In this document: piece by piece, positions 11,393-23,354 of the stretch
Layout of the letters: each line of letters starts with the position of its first letter
Numbering within the stretch: position 1 is the first letter of the stretch
From: Calcarisporiella thermophila CBS 279.70
Lineage: Eukaryota > Fungi > Calcarisporiellomycota
Direction of reading: 5' to 3'
DNA length: 64,000 nucleotides
Assembly: GCF_041956535.1 (NCBI RefSeq)
Contig: NW_027192202.1
Coordinates: 324,654 to 388,653 of the forward strand
Position numbers and translations under genes: made by a program
The notes under the pieces: generated by a model
Database searches by the model: none
The model's input: the letters and a program-made list of their open reading frames with translations, nothing else
What the model was told of the DNA's origin: nothing

Positions 11393-13307
11393 TTAGAACA
11401 ACAGATTATCAAATTGGTTCTGCTGTTGTTTTTGCTGCTGCTGTGACTTGGGCTGGTTCAGCGAACTTCCTCCGCCCATGGGAGCGATGGGAGTCATCGA
11501 GGCACCCACCGGTTTCGAGGTTGAGTTAGCGGCCCAGAGATCGAATGAGGACGGCGCCTTCGACGCAAGCGAGCTGATCGAGGGCCCGGCCTCGACCTTC
11601 TTCTCGGCAGGCTTGCCCAGCGAGTCTAAGGAGTAGAGGTTGGAAGCCTTGGCCCAAATGTCGTCGGGTTTCAGGTTGGGAACCGGGTTTTGCGGCCTCA
11701 TTGCCGAGGAGGAGGGGTTGATTGGCGCAGGGGATGCCAATGGCTTTGGTGCAAGGGCCGCTCCTCCCATGGAGGGCATGGAGGCGGGGGCATGGCCAGT
11801 GGATGCGGGTGGAGAGGCGATCGGATTCACGGCCGGCAGGTCGCCAAGGAGATCATCCAACCCTAGGGAAGGCTTGGAGGTAGGCTTTGCAGGCTGGGCA
11901 AAGAGGGAGGCGGAGGAGGGTGAAGGATTGGTCGCTGCGGCCGCGGAGCTTGGAGGAGCGCTCTGGAAGTCAGCAAAGTCATCGTCTGCAAAACAAAGGA
12001 GATATTAGGGTGAATTTTCGAAACCAGTAGCAATGCAAATGGAATAAACCGAGTTTACCAGCATCGGCGGATGCGCTCTGCATCGTGCCCCAATCATCGT
12101 TGGCAGCTCCTCCTCCGGGCTGTGAGGAACTGCTGTCAAGTGGCTCATCAAAATCGAATAGATTCACTTCCTTCTTCGGTTGGCTCGCCTTGTTGTTGTT
12201 GTTGTTGTTGCCGTTGGTCGCCTTTCTCTCGGTCCGGCGGGTAGAAGAACGACGCCTTGGACGTTCATCATAGTCATAATCATCATAGCTACCTCCGTTG
12301 TTATCTTGGTAGCGACCACGCTGGCGGTCATCATCATCGTCACGAAATCCGCTTGAACCGTCGTCGTAATAGCTCCTGCCTAGAGCATTGATAGTAAGTA
12401 AAAAAATCAAAAAGTTAAGCCGTGCCAACAGCAATCGAGCGAAAAAAAAAAAAGCACCATTCGACCATCCTACATATTTAAATGTGAATGGAGATGGAGC
12501 TAATTCTTACCTGCACCGTACGAGTCACTTCCGAACCCTCCGTATCGAGAGGCTCCTACCCCAAACCCGCCAATATCCGAGCTTATGCCAGTGTATTTGT
12601 TTTTATTTTGCTTAGCCTTCTTCCTCTCCTGCTTGATCTTCTCTTGATCGCCTAGCATTTCCACTAGTTCTTTAGCCCGGTTTCTCACTTGAAAAAAATG
12701 CCAAAGGTATCAGTGTAGGGGCTGTTTTTTAAGTGGGAGGCTTCCAAATTACAAACTTACCATTCAGTCCTTGGTCTTTGCCCTTCTCATCGATATAACT
12801 GAAATTGCGTAGCATCTTAATAAGGGAGAGATGCGATCGCGCATCATCCACCACTCGCTCTGACCCATTCTTGACGAGATATTCTAGCAACTGAAGGGCC
12901 TTGTAGATCTGACGCCATTGTTGTGGTGTTTTTTCTGTAAACCGCTTGTAGATGGTAGGCATAATTTCTGCGAAATACTGGCTGTTTAGAGACATAGCGA
13001 GTGAGCATATGATGAGGAAAAAAAAAGGCTCTGAATTCAAAATGCCGCTTCTTGCCAACTTACTAATTGTAGGTCCCTTGCGCAATCTCGTTCATAAGCG
13101 TGCTTGAAGCACCCCATGGTTCATTGTTTGTGGCCTCATGGACTTTGGCCTCCATCTCCGTATAATTCAGCACAACATTTTTGCTATTCGCCACGAAAAC
13201 ATTAGACCATCGAGTTTTCACATCCCCTATTATGGTTACACTTACACTTTGTTGATGACATCCTTTACATCCCAAAGGGTAGGAACCTGAATATTGGACA
13301 AATCCAT
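11393..13307 (-). CDS. ENT3: ENTH-domain epsin, Ent3/EpsinR type (multi-exon)
   Basis: KNVVLNYTEMEAKVHEATNNEPWGASS, WRQIYKALQLLEYLVKNGSE, GKDQGLNVRNRAKEL; clathrin-box-like NLFDFD and DDW/DDF motifs. Confidence 0.9.
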
Positions 13308-13653
13308 TCTTGCCGCTGGATGATGCGACCGCCTGCGTTGTACTTTTAGTTGGGATAATAAATCTTGGAAACCCTAGGGTTGGAGAGTGGGCGAAAAATG
13401 AGTTGTACACTTTGAGTGCAAGCTCAGTTGAGGGAAGTTTGATCCGTTAATCAAGGAATTTGACATCTGGAGCCTGAGTCATGAAACCTGCAAAACCTTA
13501 GGAAAACTCGAAAATAAAAATTCAGATAAACAGCAGAGGAAAGGCTAAAATATGAAGAAGCAGAAGGAGAAAAAACGAGGGTTTATTATATAAATTAACA
13601 AAACAATTCTATAGAGATGAGAGAGTTCTAGTTCCCGCTATGCTTCATATTTC

Positions 13654-14374
13654 TTATGATGCTTCCATTCCGAGGACTTCAAGCTTATACACCGTCACTC
13701 GGCCGAAGAAATCAGTGCTATCCTCGAACACAAGTTTCAGCTTTTCGATGGGTCTTTCCGGAGATAGCACGGGAAATCTGTGAGAGGAGAGAGAGAGAGA
13801 GCACGAGTTATGGATAACAATGGGCTTTTAGTCATTTCAGAGAAGCGTTTCTGGGAAAAATTGAGTAAACTATCGACTGAAAAAGGATATTTGCACCATA
13901 TTGTTGTCATCCGGATAAAATGAAAGCAACGGCTCGTACGCCGTCCCAGTTTTGCAGCCGAATGCCTGGCACTGTTTGCCGACGAATCCCCCTTGGAATT
14001 GCAACACAAGCTCCTTCACGATGACGGAGCGGCCAAAGTCGATAAGGATAAACTGAGGCTTCCCCTGCATTAATGCGTGTACTTTAGTGCAAGAAGCATC
14101 CCCCCACTTCCTTTATCCACCGGTCGCTTGGAAGTTGCTTTCAGTGAATGCGTCCTCATTTACCTGGTCTGAATTCCAGCACGTCTCATCATTGCCGTCC
14201 ACTAGGAACTGCTTGCCGAAATTGGTTGTGTCCTTGTTCAATACCGAACTGACCCTGAGCCACAGAGAGGAGGGCGGCACAAGTGTTTAGCCCCAAGGTA
14301 ATGGTGCCTAGCATGGCCAGAACTTACTTTAATCTTATCGTGGAGTCCACCAAGTTTTTCACCGGGTCCGTCAT
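13654..14374 (-). CDS. NR2C2AP: Nuclear receptor 2C2-associated protein-like (galactose-binding/F5-8 fold), 4 exons including a U12 intron
   Basis: VSSVLNKDTTNFGKQFLVDGNDETCWNSDQ|GKPQFI...LQFQGGFVG...FYPDDNNMVQ|RFP...LVFEDSTDFFGRVTVYKLEVLG. Confidence 0.85.
13780..13890 (-). other. U12-type (minor spliceosome) AT-AC intron, 111 nt
   Basis: 5' splice site ATATCCTTT; branch-site-like TCCATAAC (13807-13814); ends CAC; phase-0 join keeps the conserved frame. Confidence 0.9.
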
Positions 14375-14511
14375 ATTTTTAGGAGTAAGCAATAAAAAAA
14401 AATACGAAAACGTGTCACGAATTCATTCCAGCATTCAAGTCAGCTTTCCTCAAATAATATTATTGCCCTCATTCCCTCCCCCCTTTCTCTTGAAAAAGAA
14501 TCAAAAAAGGC

Positions 14512-15389
14512 ATGAATTCGCTACACAACCACACACTAAAGCAGCTTCACGCCATCCAGCGGGATTTGGCCAAGTTTGAGTCCGGAGAGGATCGAAGCGC
14601 TGGTTTACAAGGTGAATTCAATCGGTTTTTCATCCATCTTTCTCCATGTTAACCGCTGCGACATTGTTGGCCCCCCTCATTAACTAGGCCAGATTACAGC
14701 GGGTTTTAGCACACTGAAGCGCTCCATTGATGATTTCGAGTCCATGGCAAGGCGGGAGATGATTGCAGTTAAGCGCGAAAAAGCATTAAAGTATAAGCCA
14801 ACCCCTCTTGGATGATATGTTGTTTCCGGCCATTAACTCTCCTTCGCACACTCTTAGTCAAGTAGCCAAATTCCGGGACGAATTCCAGGATTCCAAGCTC
14901 AAGTTCGAGCAGCTCAAAAAGGATGAATCAAAAGAGGCTATGACACGCGATCGACAGGAGCTGTTAGAGCGAAGGCGATCAAGGCAGACATTTGTGATGG
15001 TAAGCACACTCGTCCCCCCAACTATGGACGATATCTCTGTTGGCGGGGGAAGGCCTCATGCTCTTCTCGCAATTCCATAGGCTGAACATCCCTATCAATC
15101 CCCCGCAATGAACCACACTCTCCGCGAGCACTCCTTCGTCAACAGCACCGAGCAGCAGCTCGACTCCTTCATCTCTCGCGCTCAGGATGTGCTCGAGGAT
15201 CTTCGCGGTCAACACGGCATCCTCAAATCCACCCAGCGCAAAATGCTTGACGCAGCCAACACCCTCGGTCTCTCAGGGAGCGTGATCAGGTACATCGAAC
15301 GGCGAACCACGGAAGACAAGTGGATCTTTTTGGGGGGCATCGTAATCACCATCCTCATTATGTGGGCGATCTGGTACTATCTGCAGTAG
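14512..15389 (+). CDS. BOS1: ER-Golgi Qb-SNARE Bos1/membrin (GOSR2), 4 exons
   Basis: MNSLHNHTLKQ...; LREHSF...LDSFI...LKSTQRKMLDAANTLGLSGSVIRYIERRTTEDKWIF followed by a C-terminal TM helix. Confidence 0.9.
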
Positions 15390-15780
15390 GCCGGGGGCGC
15401 AAAAATATTTACGTTTTATTTAAACTGTTTTGGCAAATCTTTTTTTTCGTGAGGGAAGCGCTTTACCATCATGTTATTTGTATATTCTTATTTTTTCTTT
15501 GTTTTAGATCTCTTCTATTTTTTTTATCCCTTTTCCTTATAGCGGCTCTAATATGTATTGTCCGTATTTTACTTTTCACTACAGCAATAATTTCATAAAG
15601 AGAGGAATCCTACAGGGTATGGAATAGTTTCTTTTCTCTTTTTTATTCTTGGAAAAATAATAATTCAATTTGTATCATAAGGCGAAAAAAAAAGTAACAT
15701 GGAAGAGGATAAAAAGGGGATCATCTAGGAGAGAGGGAAAGGGAAGAAAAGAATAAACAAAGTCTAGTGTGGCCGCGCCT

Positions 15781-16385
15781 TCACTTGGTCTTGATCAATC
15801 GCAGTTTATTTGGCGTGAACTTGAAGTTGTCTGCATACACTTTCCTCTCGAACTTGGAAGGCTTGGGCTCCTCGATGTAGTATGCCCATCCCTGCTTCTC
15901 GGCAAAGAGGATGGCGTCCTCCTTCCGCGGGAATTTGAGGCGCATCGCATGCACGGCATCGGCGGTAGAGGCCCACCCCATTAGGGGGTTCTCCCACCTG
16001 GAATCCTGCTCGGGGATATCGAAGTCAAGTCGCCAGTGCTCCGTGTTGTGGGTGCCCTGCTGAAGTGCAGTGCGGGCAGGCTGGAAGATCCGGACGGTGC
16101 GCTCACGAAGCGATTCTAAAAATAGCAAACAGAATTAGATCGGGGTGAGGGGGAACTCGGACACACCGGCTAGGGTTAGCCGAAAATGGTGCCCTCATCT
16201 CCAGATCGCAAGAACTTACCAGGCACGCCCGACACCACATCAGCAGGTACGATATGGGACTCCTGCCGTGTCACCGCCAATTCGTCGGGACTGGAGGTAG
16301 ATTTCGTAGAGTAAGTAGAAGCTAAGAGCGATCGCGATGGGCGTAGCGCTGCCACTGCAAGATTTCTGCCAATTAGTGAGGCCAT
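15781..16385 (-). CDS. NDUFS4: Complex I accessory subunit NDUFS4/NUYM (2 exons)
   Basis: Mitochondrial presequence; RTVRIFQPARTALQQG, RWENPLMGWAS, AILFAEKQGWAY, YADNF. Confidence 0.95.
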
Positions 16386-18539
16386 AGATGGATTAGCAAT
16401 GTGTTTTAGGTTGGCTTAGGAAAACCACTCCTCTCCCCCCCTCCCTTTCCCTGTTCTCAATAGAGGGATGACGTAGGCGGCGCAGCAATTTCGGGTTGGG
16501 ATGATTGACAGGCAAGGGGCACCTTCATGCTAGCATTTGGATTTAAACTTTCAAACGGCTAAGAGAGAGCTAACGACGCAATGCCAGGCTATCATGACAC
16601 AATCTGCACAGAAATATAGTTCAAGCCTAATTCTCCCCCCGCCCTCGCCCTCTCTGACTATTAACAATGGGATCGATGCCCCTCATCCTCTCATCATTCG
16701 ATCACCATCCTCTTGGAGACGGCCGTTGCAAGAGTGAGGATGGCATTGGAGGCATGGGCGCGGCAGGGAGGAGGACCGGCTGCAGGTCCGGTCTGGCTGG
16801 GTCAACGGGCCCAGTTGACGTGGCCATTGACAAGGGAAGCCGATTATGCACCTTTCCATTTTGAAGGCTTCAGCCACCGGGCCGCTGCAGATGACAAACG
16901 ACAAAAAAAAGTCTTCTCTCGGTCCAATCCAAACTGCCCTCTTCCCACCGCCAGTATACAGACAGTAGCAAAGTGGGACAATACTACCGCACCTTGTGCT
17001 CGATCTCAAAGTAAGAGCTTATTCCCGCTTTTGTTTGGGAGGGCAAGCGGTTGGGTTGGTTCCCACACTTTGTATTCGGGTGCGGAGGAGCCAGGTGCTG
17101 AAATTGGAGGAAAGAAAAGCCGGTCGCACCCACCGTTACAGAGTCTCTCGGGGGCCATCCTTTCCTGTTGGCTGCTTCGCGTCATGAACTCATTAAAGTG
17201 CGTCTTAGGCCCCATTGTGATCCACAGCCGCAAAACCATACCCAATTCCACCGGAACTCTACTCCTCTGAAGCATAACTTTGACGCGACTCCTCCTCCCG
17301 CCATTGCCCGCCCCTCCACCCCTGTTTTGTCGCACGCTCATCTGCACCTCTCCTTTCCTCTCCCCACCTCGCTGCGCGCGGATGCGCTGCACGGCAGGAG
17401 GCAGTGTTTGCAACGGAGAATATAAAAGCATCGCCTGCGTTTGGGTCTGGGCGTGGACGATTAGCGTGCATGCCCCCCTTGTTTGTTTTTGCTCTCGTCT
17501 GCATTATGCTGCAATATGCAATAAAAATGGAGCAACAACAATTCAAGGTTCAAAAGAAGCTTCTCGTGTATAGTGTGAATAACTCCACTTTATGCGTGTA
17601 AATAATGCTAAAGTGAGGGGGCTTTATGCCAGGAATCGGCACTCGCTGGACCATGCACTTTATTTTGCTATTCTAGGAAAATAAGGAAAGTTAATGTGAT
17701 CAGTGGGCTGCCACATTCTTCTCAGCCCACTCCCTCCATGAGGGGGCGGCAGAACTATTAGCAAGGGGGGGGGGGGGTGGAGGCATGGCAGAGGGGCCGG
17801 GAGGGATGAGGAGAGAAGGGGCACGAGGAGGACGCAAGCATCATTGGCACCTTGAGGAGACCGCTAAGACAGAGTTTCCTGGGTGTTACACCTTTTTCAT
17901 TGAATATCAAAGAAGAGCACCCGGTATAATTTAGCTTTACGGTTTAGGAGAAATCTTAAATCTGTTTCAAAAAAGAAAAGTCATTCACGGAGGAGCTTTG
18001 GTGAACTAAGCAGAGGGAACTCTATTAAGAAATGGCGGCATACGAGCAGTAGAGAGGGGGAGAGGAGAGACGCACAAAAAACAACAGAGGGTTCGCCCCA
18101 AAACCTGGCCTCACGAGGAAGGGCTCGACCACGCTACCGAAAGACTGGAGAGTGGGGGGAGGGAAAGAGGAGAGTGGGGAGAGAAGAAGGAAGATAAAAG
18201 CCTTCGGTTCGGTTCGAACCTTTTGGCTGGACTCTATTCTAAACCACTCGTGAAAACTGGTTTTTGGAGCCATGGTTACTTGAAAGTTTGAATCAACTCT
18301 ACAAGGAGGAAAAAAAAATTACTCGGAAGCATAAGTTTAAAGCCTAGTCCTTCTTGGTGTGCTAGAATACAACGTATTATTAATGTAGTATTTTGCAGAT
18401 GGCAAGGGTAAAAAATAAAAAGAGAAAAAAAAAATTGCGTACATAATAGAGTAGAATGAAGACGTGGAAGACCGAGAAGGCACAGATTATTTTAAATATT
18501 AAATAGATGGGGAGTGGTGGTGGTGGTGGTGAATATGGT

Positions 18540-20413
18540 TCAGGCTTTGACGGATCTCCAACCCGGCGGTGCAGATTCCGAAGAAGCCTGAGCATTGGGA
18601 GGGATGGCATGCAGATGAGGAGGGCGTGCGGGTGAGTCGACCATTGCATAGGGGGAGGAATACGAGGACGGGAAGGGGTTGCTTTGACTCGGGGGCATAC
18701 TCTTTGACAATGGGGACGGCTCGGGCAGCGGCCCCGCCTGGTACGCGGGAGGCCGTGGCGGCGACCTAGCCGGGTATGGGCTCGATGGGCCCGGAGGGTG
18801 GAACTGCCCAGCCATGGCGGGGGCAGGGTAGGGAGGGGTGCGAGGCTGGGAGCTGGGCCGATAGCTCACCCACTGATTCGAGAAGCGGTCGGTCTGCGCC
18901 ATTGCATGTGACGGACCATCCTCATAAGCCCGGCGAGGAGGTGGCGGCCCCGAGGCCGGATCGTGCCGTCTGGACGGGAGCAGCGGGGGGTGGGGTTCCA
19001 GCCCGCGGCTGGGGGCGGTGGTCAAGGAGGATCTCCGGGACGGGGTTTTGGCTCTCTGGGGGGGATAAGGGGCGGGCTCGTTGGCGGGCAGCGGATGAGG
19101 GGCGTATTGGGTTGGCGGTCGGCCAGTGCGCTGAGTCGAGCTGTGCTCCGTCCAATAGGGGGGGTATACGTGGTCGGGTCGGATATTCTGGGGGGATAAG
19201 GCGGGGGGCGTGTCGTGGTAAGGTGGGGCGCCTCGTCGCCGGAGCTGGTCTGAATGGATCTGGTAGGCAATGTAGACATGGGTCGCTCCTAATTTGGGGC
19301 GAGCCGGCTCTGCTCGCTCGTAGGATGGTCGCTTGTGCGGCGGCGGCAGCGCACCTCCTGAGTGTTGACGGTCTAGCGGGCGGGGCGAGGAGACCTTTTG
19401 GGCTGGCGACGAGTACCGCGCTCCCTGCTGCGGGACACTGGGCGGATAGGATGCCGGGCGGTGATGTAGATGGGGAGGGGGAGGCGGGGAGTAGTGGGGG
19501 TGGCCGTGTTCCCGGTTCGAGTGCATCGACGGGGCCTGCTAGTTGCAAAAGCGAAGAAGCACGGCAGGTTAGTTGTGACGGAGAGAACGCGCACGCCTTC
19601 CCAAACCTACCTCTCTATGGGCCGGGTAGACTTGCGCTAGAGGCTGAGGAGGCGTGGAGCCAGGATGCATGTATCCACGGGGGGGCGAGGCAGGCTGCGC
19701 CGGGCTGAACCGTGGGTCCGCGCCCATTCGGAACCCGGTGGAGTGGGGAGGCGGGTGCGGATGCCGGCCCACCGGGAGTTGCGGTGAAGCGAGGGGCGGG
19801 GTCGCCCCTCGCCTGCGCGAAAATCCTTGTGTGTGATGGCGGGGGAGGCATGGCCGGCGCTCGGGGGGGGATAGGGCGGGTGAGAGGGCTGGGAGTAGAG
19901 GGCGGCATCCGAGGACCAAGAGTGCTGCATTTTTGTGCGAGCAGAAGGAGGAAGCGGCTGGTGGCTGCTTGGGAATTTGCGTTTCGTCGGGTGCTGGGGG
20001 AGAGGAAACGCAAACGGGAGATCACGTTGGGAACAAACTAGAGGAAGGGAGGAGGAGGGTTAGCTTACCTGGGGTGTACTTCGGCTAGGGGGAATGTCTT
20101 CGACTCGGGGCGTGCCCGGTGCCACGGATAGTCTGCTTGGTTCCGCTTCGCTTTGCCGCGGTAGTGCATGCTGGGCGGAGGGCCACGGCGGCCCGGCATG
20201 TTTCTGCGAATGGGGCATGGGGAGGGTGCGGGTTTCACCCTCCAGCAGCGAAGCTATGGACATGCTGCTCTTTTTGTGCGGGAGATTGGGCTGACTAGCC
20301 AGGATTCCTGCGGCGGTCGCGAGGGTGTCCAGGCTGCGCAGGGCGGCCGGGCTGCTGCTGTTGGAGTGAGAATAGGCTGCGGGAGGGGGGGGAGGGTGTA
20401 AAGGTGGCGTCAT
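18540..20413 (-). CDS. Pro/Ser-rich hypothetical protein (3 exons; apparent frameshift in exon 2)
   Basis: GC-rich coding-like ORFs linked by phase-0 splice sites; short ordered-looking motifs LDTLATAA, MSIASLL and ATHVYIAYQI. Confidence 0.65.
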
Positions 20414-23239
20414 TGGCTGAGGGGTGGGAGGGGGGATCTAGTCAGCGGGCTGAGAGCAAATTAGTACAAGCATAAGAATGCCAAGGAATTGGGGCGGAAG
20501 ATGAGGGAGGGGATATGAGGAGGGGAGGGAATAGCCAAGGTCAAGTAACAAAGAAAAACAAATAAAACAAAACAAGAGTGAGTGGTGACTCAATTCTCTT
20601 TTTATTTTGCTACTAGCTCACGTCGCGTGCTTACCTTTTTCACAACCGTCCTTAGCTACACAAGGATAATAATATTGTTCGTGTATCGTTTGGCTGGATA
20701 GAAATCCGGAGCTTCTTATATAATTGGACTCTGGATGCCTGAATAGAACCAATATACTAGACTTAACAGCTAAATGACACAGCGCTGTTTTCAGGGGGAG
20801 GAAAATGGAGCAAGATAAAGAGCAGCGCCAAAATGGAGCGGAGGACAAGGCACGGAGGGGAAAAGAGGGGGGGAAAAAGAGTGAAAGAGGAAAAGAGGAG
20901 AATAAAAAAACGTGAATGCAGGAATTAAAAAAAAGGACCTTGTGGCTGTTCACTCGAAAACACCTGTTATCAATTCTCAGTATATTCTGACTAGAGTTAG
21001 ACTTTAATTTTATTATTGAGTTTAGATTGTGCATAGAGTTGTGAGATGTGTGACAGAACGGTGCATTTTTCTGCACTTCCGGAATCTAGAGTTCCTTAAG
21101 AATTCTCTCCAAACTCTCTGTGCAGCATAGCTCGCATGCACTGGGAAGGGGGTTTCCTGGTGTGCTTGTTGTGCCCGGCCGGCTACTCCAATAAGCAGGC
21201 GCCATCGCCGTGAGCGGTGCGACGCGGGGGGAGAGGGCCTAGGTGCTCCAGCTTGCTGTGTCGCCGGCGTGTAAAACAACGCTAAATCAATCAATCAATC
21301 AGCAAGCGCTGGGCACTGTAGATTGATGAATGGATCCACGAAGCAATGAATGGCAAAGTAGGTTTGCAGCAGAGTTATTCAAAAAAAAAAACCTGCAATC
21401 GTGGGTCACAATGCTTAATACTTTAAAAGCAAGTATTGTGTGAAATTTCCTTTGCACGACAAAAGGAAGGAGGTTGTGGTGAGAGAGGGAGAGTGCAAGG
21501 CGAGCCGCCACTACGTCACCTCGCCCCCCCAAAAAACGTGCTTTTCGGAATTACCCAGCGGCTCCACTCGAGAATGACCTTTTTTTATTTTTTGGAAATT
21601 CTTGACGGCCGGGAAACCAGCGCGGAATTCAGGCTCCTCCCAATTTCACCACCCAGCTTAACCAGTTTCCGGTGCGATCTACTTTATAAGCGTACAGAAA
21701 TTCGCTTACACGCTAAGCACTGGGGGTTGCCGCCACCTAAGAGTACAATAATATTGTTTGTCAGCCCGTGAATACTATAAATAATAATTTACTGAAACGC
21801 CAATGTCAAAGCTGCTGGAGGAAGGAAGGGAAAAAAAAAATTAAGCTATCCGTGGTCATCCATTGATCGATACCACGCTGATGACTGGAGGAGGTCCCTC
21901 CCCCTTCCAGCATTAGGTTGGTGGATGGGATCCTGGGGAAGGTGGGCCAAGAGCTTTTAAGGAGTTTAGTGGTACAGGGTTCACGCCATCTGAAAATCGA
22001 GATAATGCCAGCGAGGATCCAGATGGACGGTCTATCTAAGAATCCGTCAACTTATCTTCTGAGATTCTGCCCATCTCCCCCCCCCCCCTTGACGATAAAG
22101 CCCAAGATTCTCTAGCCCACGAATGAGATGAGGAATTGGGGGATAGAATGCGTCTCCACCTCTCATTTGACAACGACGGGCTCTTGTGCCCATTGGTTCC
22201 TCCTTGTCCTCCCCCTCCCCCCAAACAGCTTCTCCTGTCATCATCAGGCGCGCTGCAAGTGTATGTCCCTGTATTCGATCTTGGATCGAGCTCTTGCAGT
22301 TGGAAAATCTCCCATGCATTGCTGCTGTGCGCTATTTTAATGATGTCTTGTTGGAGGCGGGGGTGGAGTGAGATGAGGGTTTGGAGCTGGATGCCGGCGA
22401 TGCTAGCCTTGAAATGGGAGCAAGCAGCATGCAAAACAACGCATGTAGAGCTGTATGCAGAGTCCAGAGTCATAGATGCATAACCTGGCATGGCTCTTCG
22501 TTCAACCTAACCTAATTCAGTCTGAGCAGATGCAAGCTCAGTTGCGTCTTTGCTTTCGAATTTCCTCTGCTGACTCAGACAAAATAAAAACAAGGGATAA
22601 ATCTCATGTAGATGCGCATGCAAACAAAATGTATGAAAATCCAAGCTACATAATTGGTCGTGCAGAGGTTCCTCTTTGGAAGTGTAGGTTTAATAAGTTG
22701 AGAGGAATGGCCGGCTTTAGCCATCCCATTGCAGCCGTAAATAGAGTCAACAATACTTATGAATGCAGATCGGGTATGAGGGAGGGAGGGAGGGAGGGAG
22801 GGGGAGAGTAATGGAAAACCTGTTGTGAGTCGTGGAAATGCCTCCTTATGCTTGTCAAATTGGAGGGGAAGCGGGCCACCAAAGCGGGGGAAATCAGAAT
22901 TTCATATATGCGTATCAAACTTTCTCTGGCTCATAGCCCTAGTGTGATTGCTACCGCGGTCGTGTCTGCGCGACACTTTTGTGTCGCCCACGCAATCATA
23001 TGCGCACGGAGCGCCTGGCTAGGGCTTGTGAGCAGGGTGAAAGCAGAGCAGCTAGAGAGGAGAGCGGTGTAGGAGGAGAAGAGGGGTTAGGGGGTTGAGG
23101 AGAAGGTTGGTCTAGGTGACAGGCTGGGACGTTGCTATTTTCCCTCTTAAATAGAGCAAACGGAGGAATAAGAAAAAGAAAAGATAGACAAGACATGCGA
23201 AGCGCTGGTCAATTCGAAGAGAAGTCGGAGCCACACGGT

Positions 23240-23248
23240 GATGAGATG
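23240..23248 (+). promoter_or_regulatory. PAC-like element (GATGAG) upstream of ribosome-biogenesis gene DBP10
   Basis: GATGAGATG about 110 bp upstream of the ATG at 23355. Confidence 0.4.
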
Positions 23249-23354
23249 CTTTATTGGGTAAATTGGGCGAGCGTTCATATCCTCCTGATCACAGTCACAC
23301 TATTTACTCGACTTTGACTGCCACCGAATCGAGCCAGTGTCCTTAGTAGAAGAG

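Noticed and set aside
16537-17601. Several overlapping ORFs of 60-185 aa
   Set aside because: No recognisable motifs or consistent splice structure; likely intergenic
17200-17630. RNase MRP-like motifs on the minus strand (ACAATGGGGCCTA and AAAGCCCCC)
   Set aside because: P4 pairing is imperfect and no other conserved regions were seen; it would need an Infernal hit
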